From the NCBI GenBank assembly GCA_028534125.1, contig CM052832.1:11100001-11164000 (forward strand): 64,000 nt of DNA, written 5' to 3'. The translations under genes and the position numbers were made by a program. The DNA is from Lama glama. Its lineage: Eukaryota. This document shows positions 1 through 52,430 of the stretch, piece after piece; the first letter of the stretch is position 1, and the number at the start of each line of letters is the position of its first letter. Under the pieces are notes generated by a model. That model worked only from the letters and a program-made list of their open reading frames with translations. It had not been told where the DNA came from and made no database searches.

Positions 1-4
1 GCAG
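1..4 (+). CDS. MOCS1: MOCS1 exon 8, last 4 nt (GCA G|gtgagg), truncated by window edge
   Basis: GCAG followed by donor GTGAGG; phase 1 joins exon at 425 to give Ala-Gly-Met-Phe. Confidence 0.75.
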
Positions 5-424
5 GTGAGGAGGAAGGAAAGCCTGGCGGGTAAGCGAGACTCTGTTGTCTGTGCTCCCTGCCACTCCTGTTGGACCTCTAGACTTGGGATACAGTGATGA
101 TTCCCTTCCTACAGGAAGAGACTGCACAGGAGGGGTCCCCAGGTTCTCTGGCTGTTTCACTGGGGGAAGAAGGGAGGAGGGGTGTCATCGCCTTTCTCAT
201 CCCACACATTGTTCTCTGCCAGGGAGGGCAGGGTCCTGACATCCAAAGACTCACGGGTGACCCCGCCGTGTCCGGTTGGGGCTCTTTGTCAGGTGCACGG
301 AGATGAGTGCGCGTCCACGGGCTGTCATACCACTGTGTCCGTCGTTTCAGTGACCTTCTCCCCACCCTCTTCCTCCCCCTCCTCTCCTGCTCTTCCCCTC
401 CCTCCCCGCTTCCCTCACCCCCAG

Positions 425-480
425 GCATGTTCAACATTTCCCAGATGAAGAACCGGCCCATGATCCTCATCGGTGGGTGA
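425..480 (+). CDS. MOCS1: MOCS1 exon 9: C-terminus of MOCS1A (MoaA-like GTP 3',8-cyclase), (G)MFNISQMKNRPMILIGG*
   Basis: Polypyrimidine tract + CAG acceptor at 422-424; ends in the MoaA-type MxxIGG motif and TGA at 478-480; donors GTGGGT at 473 and GTACGT at 488. Confidence 0.95.
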
Positions 481-1577
481 CCCATCAGTACGTAACCACG
501 CACCCTTGTCATTGGGGGATCCTGTGGGTGGGGCCCCCGCTGTAAGGCACCCCCAGATCCTGCACTTCATCCTGCTGTCTCAGCATTTATCTTTTCTTAC
601 CCTTCAAGCCTTTACTGCTGCTTTTCTCCCTTCCACGGCTCTTCTTACTCAGGTGTCACAAAAATTGGGCCAGGAGTCCTCCAGGTTAATGATCACCATG
701 TTAGTTGTTCCCTAAAAATGGAGCTTCTTGTTAAGACATAGAGATCTTGTCCTCAGCTCTTGAATCTCCCAGTTTGGATACAGTCACAGGCGCCCCTTCC
801 CTTCTGTCCTGTGGGCCAGTCCATGCGTTTATCTGGACCATTAGGACTCACTGGTCCACCTGTTACAATGCTTCTGTGCCAGACAGAGCTTAGGCAACTA
901 CTCATCTTCTCAGGGAGGAGGCAGCCAGGACCTCAGCTGCCTCATTCCTTACCTCCCGGGAACTTACGTGCCCAGGATGTCTCGTATACATACGGCGCTT
1001 CCAAAAAAAACCACACCTTTTTATAGAGCCATAAGTGGTCCCCAGCACTGGGGACCTCACTGGTACAGGAGCTTTAGGGATGCTGTTGCCCCCTGGCCCT
1101 TGCCCAGGCTGGAGCCAGGGAGGCCTTGCCCCCATGACCAAAGTCATATCTGGGCCCCTGAACTGTACCCTAGGCCAGAGAAAGCAGTGAGAGCAACTAG
1201 GGGAAGGGATTCTTTCCTCCAGCGTTCGGAGCAGAGTGCGCCCAGGGCCCTGAGGCAGGCACCGGGGCACGCAGCCACCCAGAGAAGGAAGGGCAGCGCA
1301 CCGCAGCGTTCCAGCAGGGTGAAAGCTATCCCCTGCACCATCATCGTTCTCCGTGGTGGGCCTCCCCCAGGCCGACGTGGGTCAGGGAGTGGGGGATACC
1401 TTGATAACCCCCCAGAAGGAGGTTGTACCTCTGACACTGACAAGGTAGGTGGCCCAGAGTGTGATGGGAAGCTGGAAGTTGGGAGACCTGTTTGCTTCAT
1501 AAGGAATGATACTGCTCTCAAGGATGTAGAGTAACTAAACTCGTCTGATTTCCATAAAACCCACAGTCACCTGGAAC

Positions 1578-1722
1578 AGGGCCTCTTAGACTTCCACGTG
1601 CGTTAGGATCACTTAGGGGTCTTGTTACTTCAGATTCAGATTCGGAGGTCTGGGCTGGGATTCTGCGTCTCTGACAGCCCTCAGGTGGTGGCAGTGCTGC
1701 TGGCCCCTGGACCACAGCTTTG
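1578..1722. mobile_element. MER5-like hAT-Charlie MITE
   Basis: GATCACTTAGGGG...GGTCTGGGCTGGG...TGCTGCTGGCCCCTGGACCACA pattern. Confidence 0.6.
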
Positions 1723-2319
1723 TAAAAAGAAGCCTACAAGGTTCCTAAGGGACCATTCCCCCCGGGACCATTGAATCAGCCTGTTGCTTTTTGTGCACTT
1801 CTGATGAGCTTAAGGCTTGAAAGACATTGTTTAAATAGATGATTTCCCTTAGTGTCTTGTCTATAAACTATATGATTACTCCTAGCCCTTCTCAGAGAAT
1901 GTGAAGCTGAGAGTAACTAATTGGTAACAGGCTGAGGCCTCACTGTAGTTTTAAGAAGATGAAGGGACAGAGAGGTCATCTGCTCCAGGCTTTGGTCTTC
2001 AGACCTTAGGTGTTTAACAGAACTTTGACAACAAGAAAGTTGTGAGCAGGGGCACCCGAGTCCCCCACACCGCCACTGCAGGACAGGCAGAAGCTGTGGG
2101 ACCCTTGCCCCATGTAACTCCCGGTGAGAAAGGCTGAAACTTGTATGCTGGGGAACCCCCTTTGTGTGTTTTCTATCTTCTCTTTCCTTGCTGTGCTGTT
2201 TGCTCTTCATTCTGCTTTTCCTGGTGTGAAAGGGAGAACTCGAGGTGGGGGTGAGACAGGAGGTGGGAAAAAGACCTACCTTAGACTGAATCTTCCTTCC
2301 CCTTTCTTCTTCCTTCCAG

Positions 2320-3080
2320 AGTTATTTTTGACGCTCCAGGATTCCCCACCAGCCGTTCTGAGCATCTCCTTCAGGGATTCCCTCCATGTTCAGGGTCTGA
2401 GACACAGAGTGAGTCGCTCCCACCAGATGGTGACTTTGTGGGAAGGAGGCGGGGTCCCACAGACCCCTCTCCTGGCCCAGTGGTGGCTGGGAGCTGGCCT
2501 CCCTCAGAGACACTACAGTTCCCACCCAGACTCAGATGCCAACCCAAAGTGCCTTAGCCCAGAGCCCCAGGCTCCTGCCACACCCTTAGGACCTCTGCCA
2601 GCCTCAGGCCAACTAACCCATGTAGACACAGAAGGACGGGCGGCTATGGTGGATGTAGGCGGGAAGCCAGACACAGAGCGTGTGGCTGTGGCCTCAGCTG
2701 TAGTCCTCCTTGGGCCTGTGGCCTTCAGGCTCGTCCAGGAGAACCGGCTCAAGAAGGGGGATGCCCTGGTTGTAGCCCAGCTGGCTGGCGTCCAGGCGGC
2801 CAAGCTGACCAGCCAGCTGATTCCTCTGTGCCACCACGTGGCCCTGAGCCACGTCCAGGTGCGGCTGGAGCTGGACAGTGCGCGCCAGGCCGTGGTGATC
2901 GAGGCATCTTGCCGGGCTCAGGGCCCCACTGGGGTGGAGATGGAGGCCCTGACCTCAGCTGCCGTGGCTGCCCTCACCCTATACGACATGTGCAAGGCCG
3001 TCAGCAGGGACATAGTGTTGGAGGAGATCAAGCTCATTAGCAAGACTGGGGGTCAGCGGGGGGACTTCCATAGGACTTAG
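2320..3080 (+). CDS. MOCS1: MOCS1 terminal exon 10: linker plus MOCS1B (MoaC-like cPMP synthase) domain
   Basis: Acceptor ttccttccAG at 2318-2319; MoaC motifs LTHVD..G.AAMVDVG.K, LIPLCHH, TGVEMEALT, LYDMCKAV, KTGG; TAG at 3078-3080. Confidence 0.97.
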
Positions 3081-3831
3081 AGCTCCTGGCCCGGCGAAGT
3101 CAAGAGATGGGATGCAATTTCAGCCAAGGGAAAGAAATGTCAAGTTCCTTTTAACCCCGTCACTGGTTACCTTCAACCGGTAGGAACTCAAGGTCAGCCT
3201 ACCCCTCTACTGCTAGCTGACCTCCACTGACCTTTTTATTCAGAGAGGAAACTAGCAGGCCCTTCTGCCTTCCTGGACCCTGAGGTCATGGGAGGGGGCC
3301 GCAGCGAGTAAGGCTGGGTGACGGGAAATCCCATTGGGGGATTAGTGGACTCTGAGACAATCACTTTCAGAAGGTCGAGCCCGTGACTTCCACTTCTTGC
3401 TTGGGTTTTCTCTTCTACTTCCCGGGAGAGAGTAAGGGCTCTCCAAGCAGAGGAAGCCGCCCTGAGGAGCGCAGCTGGCACTGAAACTGGAGCACGGCTT
3501 CTGAGCAGCAACACCCTTTCCCTGCCTCTCCACCAACCTCCTTTGAAAGAGCCGGTTCTCCCTTCTTATTGCCTGAGTCTGTGTCCCGTCAGACATCCGG
3601 GCTTTTGGTTTAACAGTCACACCATCCTGCCACCTCCTCTCTCTCCACAACCCCAGCCGCCCCACCCCCATCTTAAGCAGAATCCATTCACGTGGGCCAC
3701 AGCCCTGAGGCCTCCTGACCAAGCACACACCCCCCTGCCCTGTGCACTGCCACCCTCCCACCCACCACCCTTCGTCCTGACACATCAGGGAAGGAAGAGC
3801 ACTGAAGATGGCCTTCACCCCCCGCGCACAA

Positions 3832-3837
3832 AATAAA
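3832..3837 (+). terminator. MOCS1: Candidate proximal poly(A) signal of MOCS1 (AATAAA)
   Basis: AATAAA about 750 nt after the MOCS1B stop; GT-containing sequence downstream. Confidence 0.5.
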
Positions 3838-4434
3838 GCCACGATGCCAACTTTGGAGATGCAAGAATGAGGACTGTCTGTGCTGAGGGGTCCCGAGCTG
3901 CTATGATGTCAGGCCCACCCCCACCTGGGGGAAGAGGAGTAGGTGAGATGCTGGAGAGTCAAAGGGGCATATTCTGCGTGTACCTACCCCCACCCTTCCC
4001 CGTGGGGGGTGTACGAGTGCAGCATCACCAGTAACAGGTAGGCACGTCCAAAGCTGCTCCTCTCACCGGCTGGTGGAGACCAGCAGCTGCAGTTAGAGGC
4101 TCCTGGCTTGCACATCCCCCAGCACTGGACTTGCTGGCTTCTCTCAGGTGGGTAGGTTTCTCGGTTCTAGCCTCAGTCCCCGACCTGCCCACCCTTCCTG
4201 TGCCCTACACCCGGGTGTGCTGGCGAAGTGTTTAACCACCACCTCTTAGAAAAGCCACTTTCCAGTCTTAAGTACTCCCACGTTGGCTGATCTCAAGCTA
4301 CCTTTTGACGTGCACTGGCTTGAGGACTCTTGCGCACCAACACTCTTGGCTCTTCCTGCTTCCCGGCACAGCTCAAGTCCCCTCGTGGGAAGAAGGCGTA
4401 AGTTTCAAGGCAGGCTAGATGGGGGTGGTACAGA

Positions 4435-4440
4435 TTTAAT
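4435..4440 (-). terminator. DAAM2: Candidate DAAM2 poly(A) signal (ATTAAA)
   Basis: Minus strand reads ...TTTTTTTCGTAAGAATATATTGTAATACTAAAAAATATTAAATCTGTACC, an AT-rich island with upstream TGTA and T-rich elements. Confidence 0.6.
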
Positions 4441-4993
4441 ATTTTTTAGTATTACAATATATTCTTACGAAAAAAAGGTGCAGGCAGAAAGGGCACTGTG
4501 GATTTTGTACACGAGCTTCGTTTGTCATCTGAACAGTGGGTGAGAACAGCCGGGGCATGACGGTGGTAGACGTGAGGGGAGATGGCCATGGCTCCCCCGG
4601 GGGTGGAACTGGGATGGGGGTGGGGAGAGCCTGGACCACCCCTTTCCATCCACCCAGAGCATTTTTAACTCCCACCGCCCTAAACACACCTTACTTCCAG
4701 CACACTGGAGGAGTGGGCGCTGCTGCTGAGAAGGGAACAGGTTGCATGAGGTTAACTGAATTTTACATTGGACAAAAAAAGCTGGAAAAACTAACCCAAA
4801 GGTAGTGGGGAAGGGCACCAGGGAACACGGGTAACAGGCGTAAACATTAAGCAGATCAAGGGCCAACTCAGCTGTTTCCAAGGCACCAGCCCTTCTTGCT
4901 GAGTCAGCCATGAGGGTCCATGGTCCAAGGCACTGTTGGAGATCTGGCTGCAGTGGCATTTGGTGTCAGAGCCACTGGCCAGAGCTAGAAAAT

Positions 4994-4999
4994 AATAAA
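4994..4999 (+). terminator. MOCS1: Candidate distal poly(A) signal of MOCS1 (AATAAA)
   Basis: AATAATAAAT inside the antisense of the DAAM2 3'UTR. Confidence 0.4.
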
Positions 5000-7125
5000 T
5001 AGAGAAGGTAAAATCTTTAGAGGCGAAAAGCCTGAGCCCTGGAACAATACACGTGTCCTCTGTAAACAGTTAAACCAGACTGTGCTTTTCTGTATAGCCA
5101 ACGTGTCTTGAGCGGCTTCCAGGTTTCTTCTTTCCTGGTGTGCATCCAGGTGGAAATGCTGGGGTTTGGACATGCCTGTTGGATAGAAATGGAGCCCTCC
5201 CCTGTTCCCTGCCCCTGCGGGTGAGGTTGCCCTCAGCCTGGCCGCTTTGGGAGAGGACCTTAGGAAGCCCTACCCACAACCTTCCCAACATCCCCACACC
5301 AGCTTCTCAGGACGAATGTACAGATGGGGAGAACAGCACTCCCTGGAGCTGCCCTTCCTGGAAGCCTTCACCTTGCCTTCACCTGGGTTCCACCTGTCCC
5401 AGCCAGGCTCGCACTTGCTCCGAGCCCTCCCCCTCGAACCAACACACATGCTGGGCTCACCCATCGTGTGTTTCTTCCCCTGCAGCTACCATGCTCCCAC
5501 CCCCAGGAAGCCGGTGTAGGGAAAAGATAGGCAGCTGAAGAGTGGGCCCAGCCCAGCAGTCTGTCCACTGCCAATAACCCTGAGCTGGAGGAGGTCAGAA
5601 GGTGAGAAACAAAGGGAACAGTGGGGGGGGGGAGGGGGGCGGGGGAAGAGGATGGAAGGGCAGGGAGCCGGGAGACAGGGAATCAGGCAAACCTTACAGA
5701 ATGCAAGGCCAACTCTACGGGGGAAGAAATATACTGAAAATATGAGCCTTGATGGAGTTAACGTCACCACCTCCTTTTGTAAGAGAACATCTGTCTAGTT
5801 ACAGCCATCATCCTATACCCCCACCCACAAGGACAGCTCAAGGTGGACAGAATGGTCCCCTTGGAAGCCAAGTTGAAGAACCAAATTTGGCACCAGAGAT
5901 GGGGGACTGGAACCCCTTCAGCATTCCACTCTTGGCTCCTTTGGAAAGTGTATTCCCCCCTCCCCTGCTCTGGGCCTCCTGTCTTAGTGCCTCACAGGAG
6001 ACCCCCTTAGAAGTGGCATATAACTGCAGAGGGCAGGTCTGGTCCAGGGGACCCTCTCAGGAACTGACACCCCAGGGCCAGATAACCCACGGTCTGAAGT
6101 GGTCTCTGGTAGGCTGGCCAGAGCAGGAGGTCACTGTGCCCTCTGCTCTGAAGCAGATGTCAGAGGAGTCTGAGGTCTGAGTAACAGTAAGTGGTAGACC
6201 AGGTACTCCAGGCCATTCAAGTGCTGCCCTCTGGTGAGGGGCTGTTCAGAACCCCCAGCCAGCGCTTGAGGTCACTGTCTCCCTTCAAGACAACTGGTTG
6301 TACAGGGTAGGGGTGGGAGCAGCGTGTTGTTGCAGGGTCCCTATGCCCAACATACAAGGTGTGGCGATGAATGGGTTTTTTCTTGAGCCCCTTCCCTTAC
6401 CAGATTCATCAAGTACCAGAGTGTGCCGTAGTCGTGGAAGCCCAAAGGTGGGTTTTCCAGGATTCTGGATTAGCAGACAGGATGGATGGAAATGGCAGTA
6501 GGGAAGGAGGGGAGAGACTTAAGACATGCAAGAGGGCCAGAGGCCTCCTAGGAAATAAGCACTCTGTCCTGATGACTTGGTCCCTGCATCAGCCTCCCTG
6601 CATTCTTTTCTCCGGGAACACATCTAGCTAGAATATATAATGCCCCTTCCATCCAATAGGAAACTTCGTCCCAGATCAATGTTCCATTATGCCTACTCTT
6701 GAGAGATGGGAGCCTGGACGCCCCCGCCTTGGCCCACCCCATCGCTCCCATGGCACGGGAAATCTGGACAAGGTCTTAGACCTCTCTCCAGTCTAGATCT
6801 GGAGCATTTCTGTGCCAGAATATGGATGGCCATGCTTTGGCTTGGGGTGCAAGACCCCTTCAGCTGGGGCTCGCCAAGGGTGTCCAAGTCAGCCTCAGAG
6901 GGCGACCCCTGGGCGCTGGGGTGCAGAAGGAATGGGAAGAAGAGATGAGGGGGAGCTCCTTCAGGTGGGGAGACACCTGGTCCTGCCACACACAGCCCCA
7001 ACCCCAGGACCCAGCCCAGGGCTCTAAACCGAGCACCAAACTGTTTAAGTACCACGGCCTCCCCCGCTCAGCCCCTCCGGGCCCATCCCTGTCTCCCGGC
7101 TTCTCGCTGTGGCCAGTCCCCCAGG

Positions 7126-49025
<41,900 letters not shown>

Positions 49026-49065
49026 GGTCACCACAGGCCAGGGGGACAGTCTGCAGGCAGGTGCC

Positions 49066-49080
49066 CTAGGTCCTCATCAT
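49066..49080 (-). promoter_or_regulatory. Short uORF (MMRT*) in DAAM2 5'UTR
   Basis: atcATGATGAGGACCTAG just after the acceptor, ending 40 nt before the main ATG. Confidence 0.65.
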
Positions 49081-50237
49081 GATCTGGGTGGAACAGAGAG
49101 CACTGCGTGATCAGGCTGGCAGCCAGGTAGAAAGGGATGTGGTCACTCTGCCACCAGAACTTCTTTTCCCAACTGTCAAGAGCCCTCAGCTCAAGAGCCA
49201 AGCCCCTGCTCTTCTCCCCCAGCCTCACTCTGTTCCCTCTAGCTCCTCCTACCTGGAGGTATTTCCCCCTCTCCACGTCCTCCCACAGTTTCCTGCCACA
49301 AACACTTTCAGATTCTCCCCCTGTGCTCTGGGAGACAAGAGAAGGGCTGTACTCACAGAATTCGACTCCTGGGAGGTCAGAGCCGGCACCCATCCTACCC
49401 TCTCTGTGACAGTACAGATGCAAATCCTAGTCCCTGTCCCCTGGAAGACCTGTCCAGCAGGACCTCCTTACTTACTTGATTCATTCAGGGTCTGGGGATA
49501 CCTGGTTTAAAGATGTCATCCAATGGGGAGGGAAAGGTTGAAGGAGGCTGGCGGGGAGACACCGAGCTAATTATACTGTGTGTCTCCTGCAGTGGGTGCC
49601 CCCCAGGAGTAGAGGATGGAAGGCTTGCCAGTTTCCTGTCCAGTCCACTGTACCCAGGAATGTTTGGATGCATGTGAGACTTCAACAGGCACAGGTTCAC
49701 CCACCCATCGAGAAGGAGGGGCAACCTGGGAGCCACGAGAGTGAACCCTGGGTAAGGAAATGGGGCTGATCATTGGATTGGTGTTCAACCAAGACAGACA
49801 GAAATCTGGTCAAATCTGCTTTCCATACCGACCAAGAACAAAGGACACCATTATGACCAGAACTGAGAGGCACCCAAGAGCTGGGTGGTCACTGGAACAG
49901 AAAGGGTTAAGTCTCTGGCTTGCCATGGAGAGGGCCTGGTTCACTGGCACCAGTGTGAGGAGAACACTGGCCCCAGATGCTGATGCCACATAGCTTCTCG
50001 TAGATGAAGCCCAGGGTCTGCACATGGGCTTCCTGAAAGGGCCAAACGATCCTTGACCAATGGTCCCTAAACACGTTTTCAGGTCTGGGCAGGTTCAGTA
50101 GAGAGACCACTGCTGCCCACCACACTGGTGCCCAGCCACGGTCTCCTCACACTTGAATAGCTTAACTTTTTGGATATAAAATAAGATTCCCTGCTGTATA
50201 CGTATTGAATATTATATCACAGGTTTGGGATCAAGAT

Positions 50238-50770
50238 TTTTTTTAACTGCAGTGAAATACATATAACATAAAATTTACCATTTGACCATTTTTATGTGTA
50301 TAGTTCAGTGGCATTAAATACATTCACATTGCTGCGCAACCATCCCCACCATCCACCTCCAGAACTTCTTCCATGTTGTAAAACAAACTCTATACTCGTT
50401 AAACGATAATTTCCCATTTCCTTCTCCCCCCAGCCCCTGGCAACCACCGTTGTCCTTTTTGTCTCTATGAACTTGACTACTCCAAGCACCTCATCTAAGT
50501 AGAATCATACAGCATTTGTCCTTTTGTGACTGGCTTATGTCATTTAGCATCATGTGCTCAAGGCTCATCCATGTCACAGAATTTCCTTTATTTTTAAGTC
50601 TGAATAACATTCCATTGCAGGTACAGACCATATTCTGCTTATACACGCGTCTGCTGACAGACACTTGGGTTGCTTCTTCCTTTTGCCTATTGTGAATAAT
50701 GCTCTATGAACACGTACAAATATGTTTGTGTCCCTGCTTTCAGTGCTTTGGGACATATACGCGAAGGGGT
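50238..50770 (-). mobile_element. L1MB-like 3' end
   Basis: AACATAAAATTTACCAT...TTCAGTGGCATTAAATACATTCACATTG...CCCCTGGCAACCAC...GTCTCTATGAA. Confidence 0.85.
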
Positions 50771-52204
50771 CAAGGTATTTTCGAGTCTTGACTCTTAGCT
50801 GTTTCTCCTAGATTCGGGTCATTAACAGAATGATCAGAATGTCCCCACGGTCTTTACTTACATCATTGCTAAAAATGTTGACCACAACGAGGACATCGAA
50901 AAGCCCAGAGGACACAGCTACCTCGTCTGGGAATGCCGAAGAACTAGTTATTAACACTCTCAGGGGACAGTCCTCCAACCAGCGCTGAACCCATGAGCCT
51001 GCAGTTATCCAGCCCTCCTTTCTTAAGGCACCATAGGAGACTGTCGGCTAAGTCCTTGTGGAACTCCAGATACGCCAAATCCAAGGCATTCCCTTGAACC
51101 AAGCTCTAGAACCTTATCAAAAAAAGATAAATTGGCATAATTTGTCCCTAGTGGACCCAAGGTAACCCAACAAGAGCACTTCTTTATTTCCTAAGCCCTA
51201 ACAATCTAGCTAATAAATTACTCATCTGAGCTCGCCTCTCCTATAAGGCATGATGCCTTTTAATCGTCATTCAAGAGGTTTTTACTGGCTCCACTTTATC
51301 TCTATAAACTTTGTGACAGACTTTGTAATAGACCCAGGAGCACCTCAAACAACAAACTATCCGAGGTTGCCTTGTATTGTTGGTCATCTTTTCTGGGTTT
51401 GCACACGGGCTCTCCACAGCTCCAGGGAAGGCTCCTTGAGGGCAGGGGCTGTGCCTCCGGCTTTCACACCGCCCCTCTTTATGGCTAATAAAATGCTGTA
51501 TGTTTAGTTGATGCTCAATAAGTATTTCTTGGTCAGTTGGGAAACAACCTGTGCTCAGAGAAAAGGAGAAGAGGGGTCTTCATCAATCAGTCAAGAAATA
51601 CCGATTGAAATCTCTGATTCCTAGCAGTTGACAAGCCATCAGGAACCCTTATAAGGAAGAAAGGGAGAGTAGAGGTTGGGGGTAGAGGAAGCAGCCCGCA
51701 GGCTCACTGCAGCAGTCCTGGTGCATGCTGGCGAAGACCTAGAACAGGCTGGTAACTGAGGAAGTCAAGAGAGAGAGGGAGGCTTGGAGGCTCTCCAGGG
51801 AACTTGATGGCCGATGGCCAGGAGTGGGTGAGACAAAGCCCTGGCCTCAGACTGTCAGGCTTAGTAAAGCACAAATTCTGCAGGCAGACAGGGGTTCACT
51901 ATTCCCCGCCCATTGCCAGTTTGGGGTGATGATGCAGAGTCCAAACCAGGTCCCCTTTGTGTCCTCAGCCTCCAAAACGCAGCTGCAGCTGGCGGGCAGG
52001 ACGGCTCTGTTCAGGGCAAAAAGCATGGAAAGGAAAGTCCTAGAGGTGTAGTGAGGCTGGGTGGATGGCATGCCGGGGTTCCCGGGAGGGATGGGCTGAC
52101 ATCAGGGAAGACTCTCTTCTGTCTTTACCTCCTGGAACTCTCACCCCGCACTCCCCTCCCCAGTCTCCCTTCTTGTCCTTCTCTGCCCTTCAGCTCCTGA
52201 GCCA

Positions 52205-52430
52205 GGCTTTACCAGGGCGGGTCGGGGGTAGGGGCAGGGCTGGCATACAGCTGGCACACCCTGTTGGTCTTACAGCAGTTGTTTACAGCTGTGACTGCCC
52301 TGATTGGTTGGCACCATGCCATACCTGTCCTTAAATATTTTTAAAGTCTCCCCTGAGTCCAGGGAGTGAGGTGAAGTGGCCTCTGGAGGAGGAAAGAAGT
52401 AGACACAGTCCCTCCAAACAGGAAGTGCCT
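52205..52430. promoter_or_regulatory. Candidate intronic enhancer or alternative promoter (dense TF motif cluster)
   Basis: GC box, 2x CAGCTG, CAGTTG, TGTTTAC, CCAATCAG (minus), NFI-like TTGGC-N5-GCCAT, ETS ACAGGAAGTG. Confidence 0.45.

Larger units (their letters stand above)
4415..7125 (-). other. DAAM2: DAAM2 3'UTR (about 2.7 kb; end approximate)
   Basis: From stop codon at 7126-7128 to the ATTAAA signal; no recognisable repeats. Confidence 0.55.

Noticed and set aside
478..480. MOCS1A TGA as a selenocysteine codon
   Set aside because: No SECIS recognised by eye in the 3'UTR; terminal Gly-Gly is the normal MoaA end
2124..2319. ORF-track start of the 318-aa MoaC ORF at 2124 (GTG)
   Set aside because: Lies in intron 9; the supported exon starts at the acceptor at 2320. 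The ATG at 2145 is kept only as a speculative finding.
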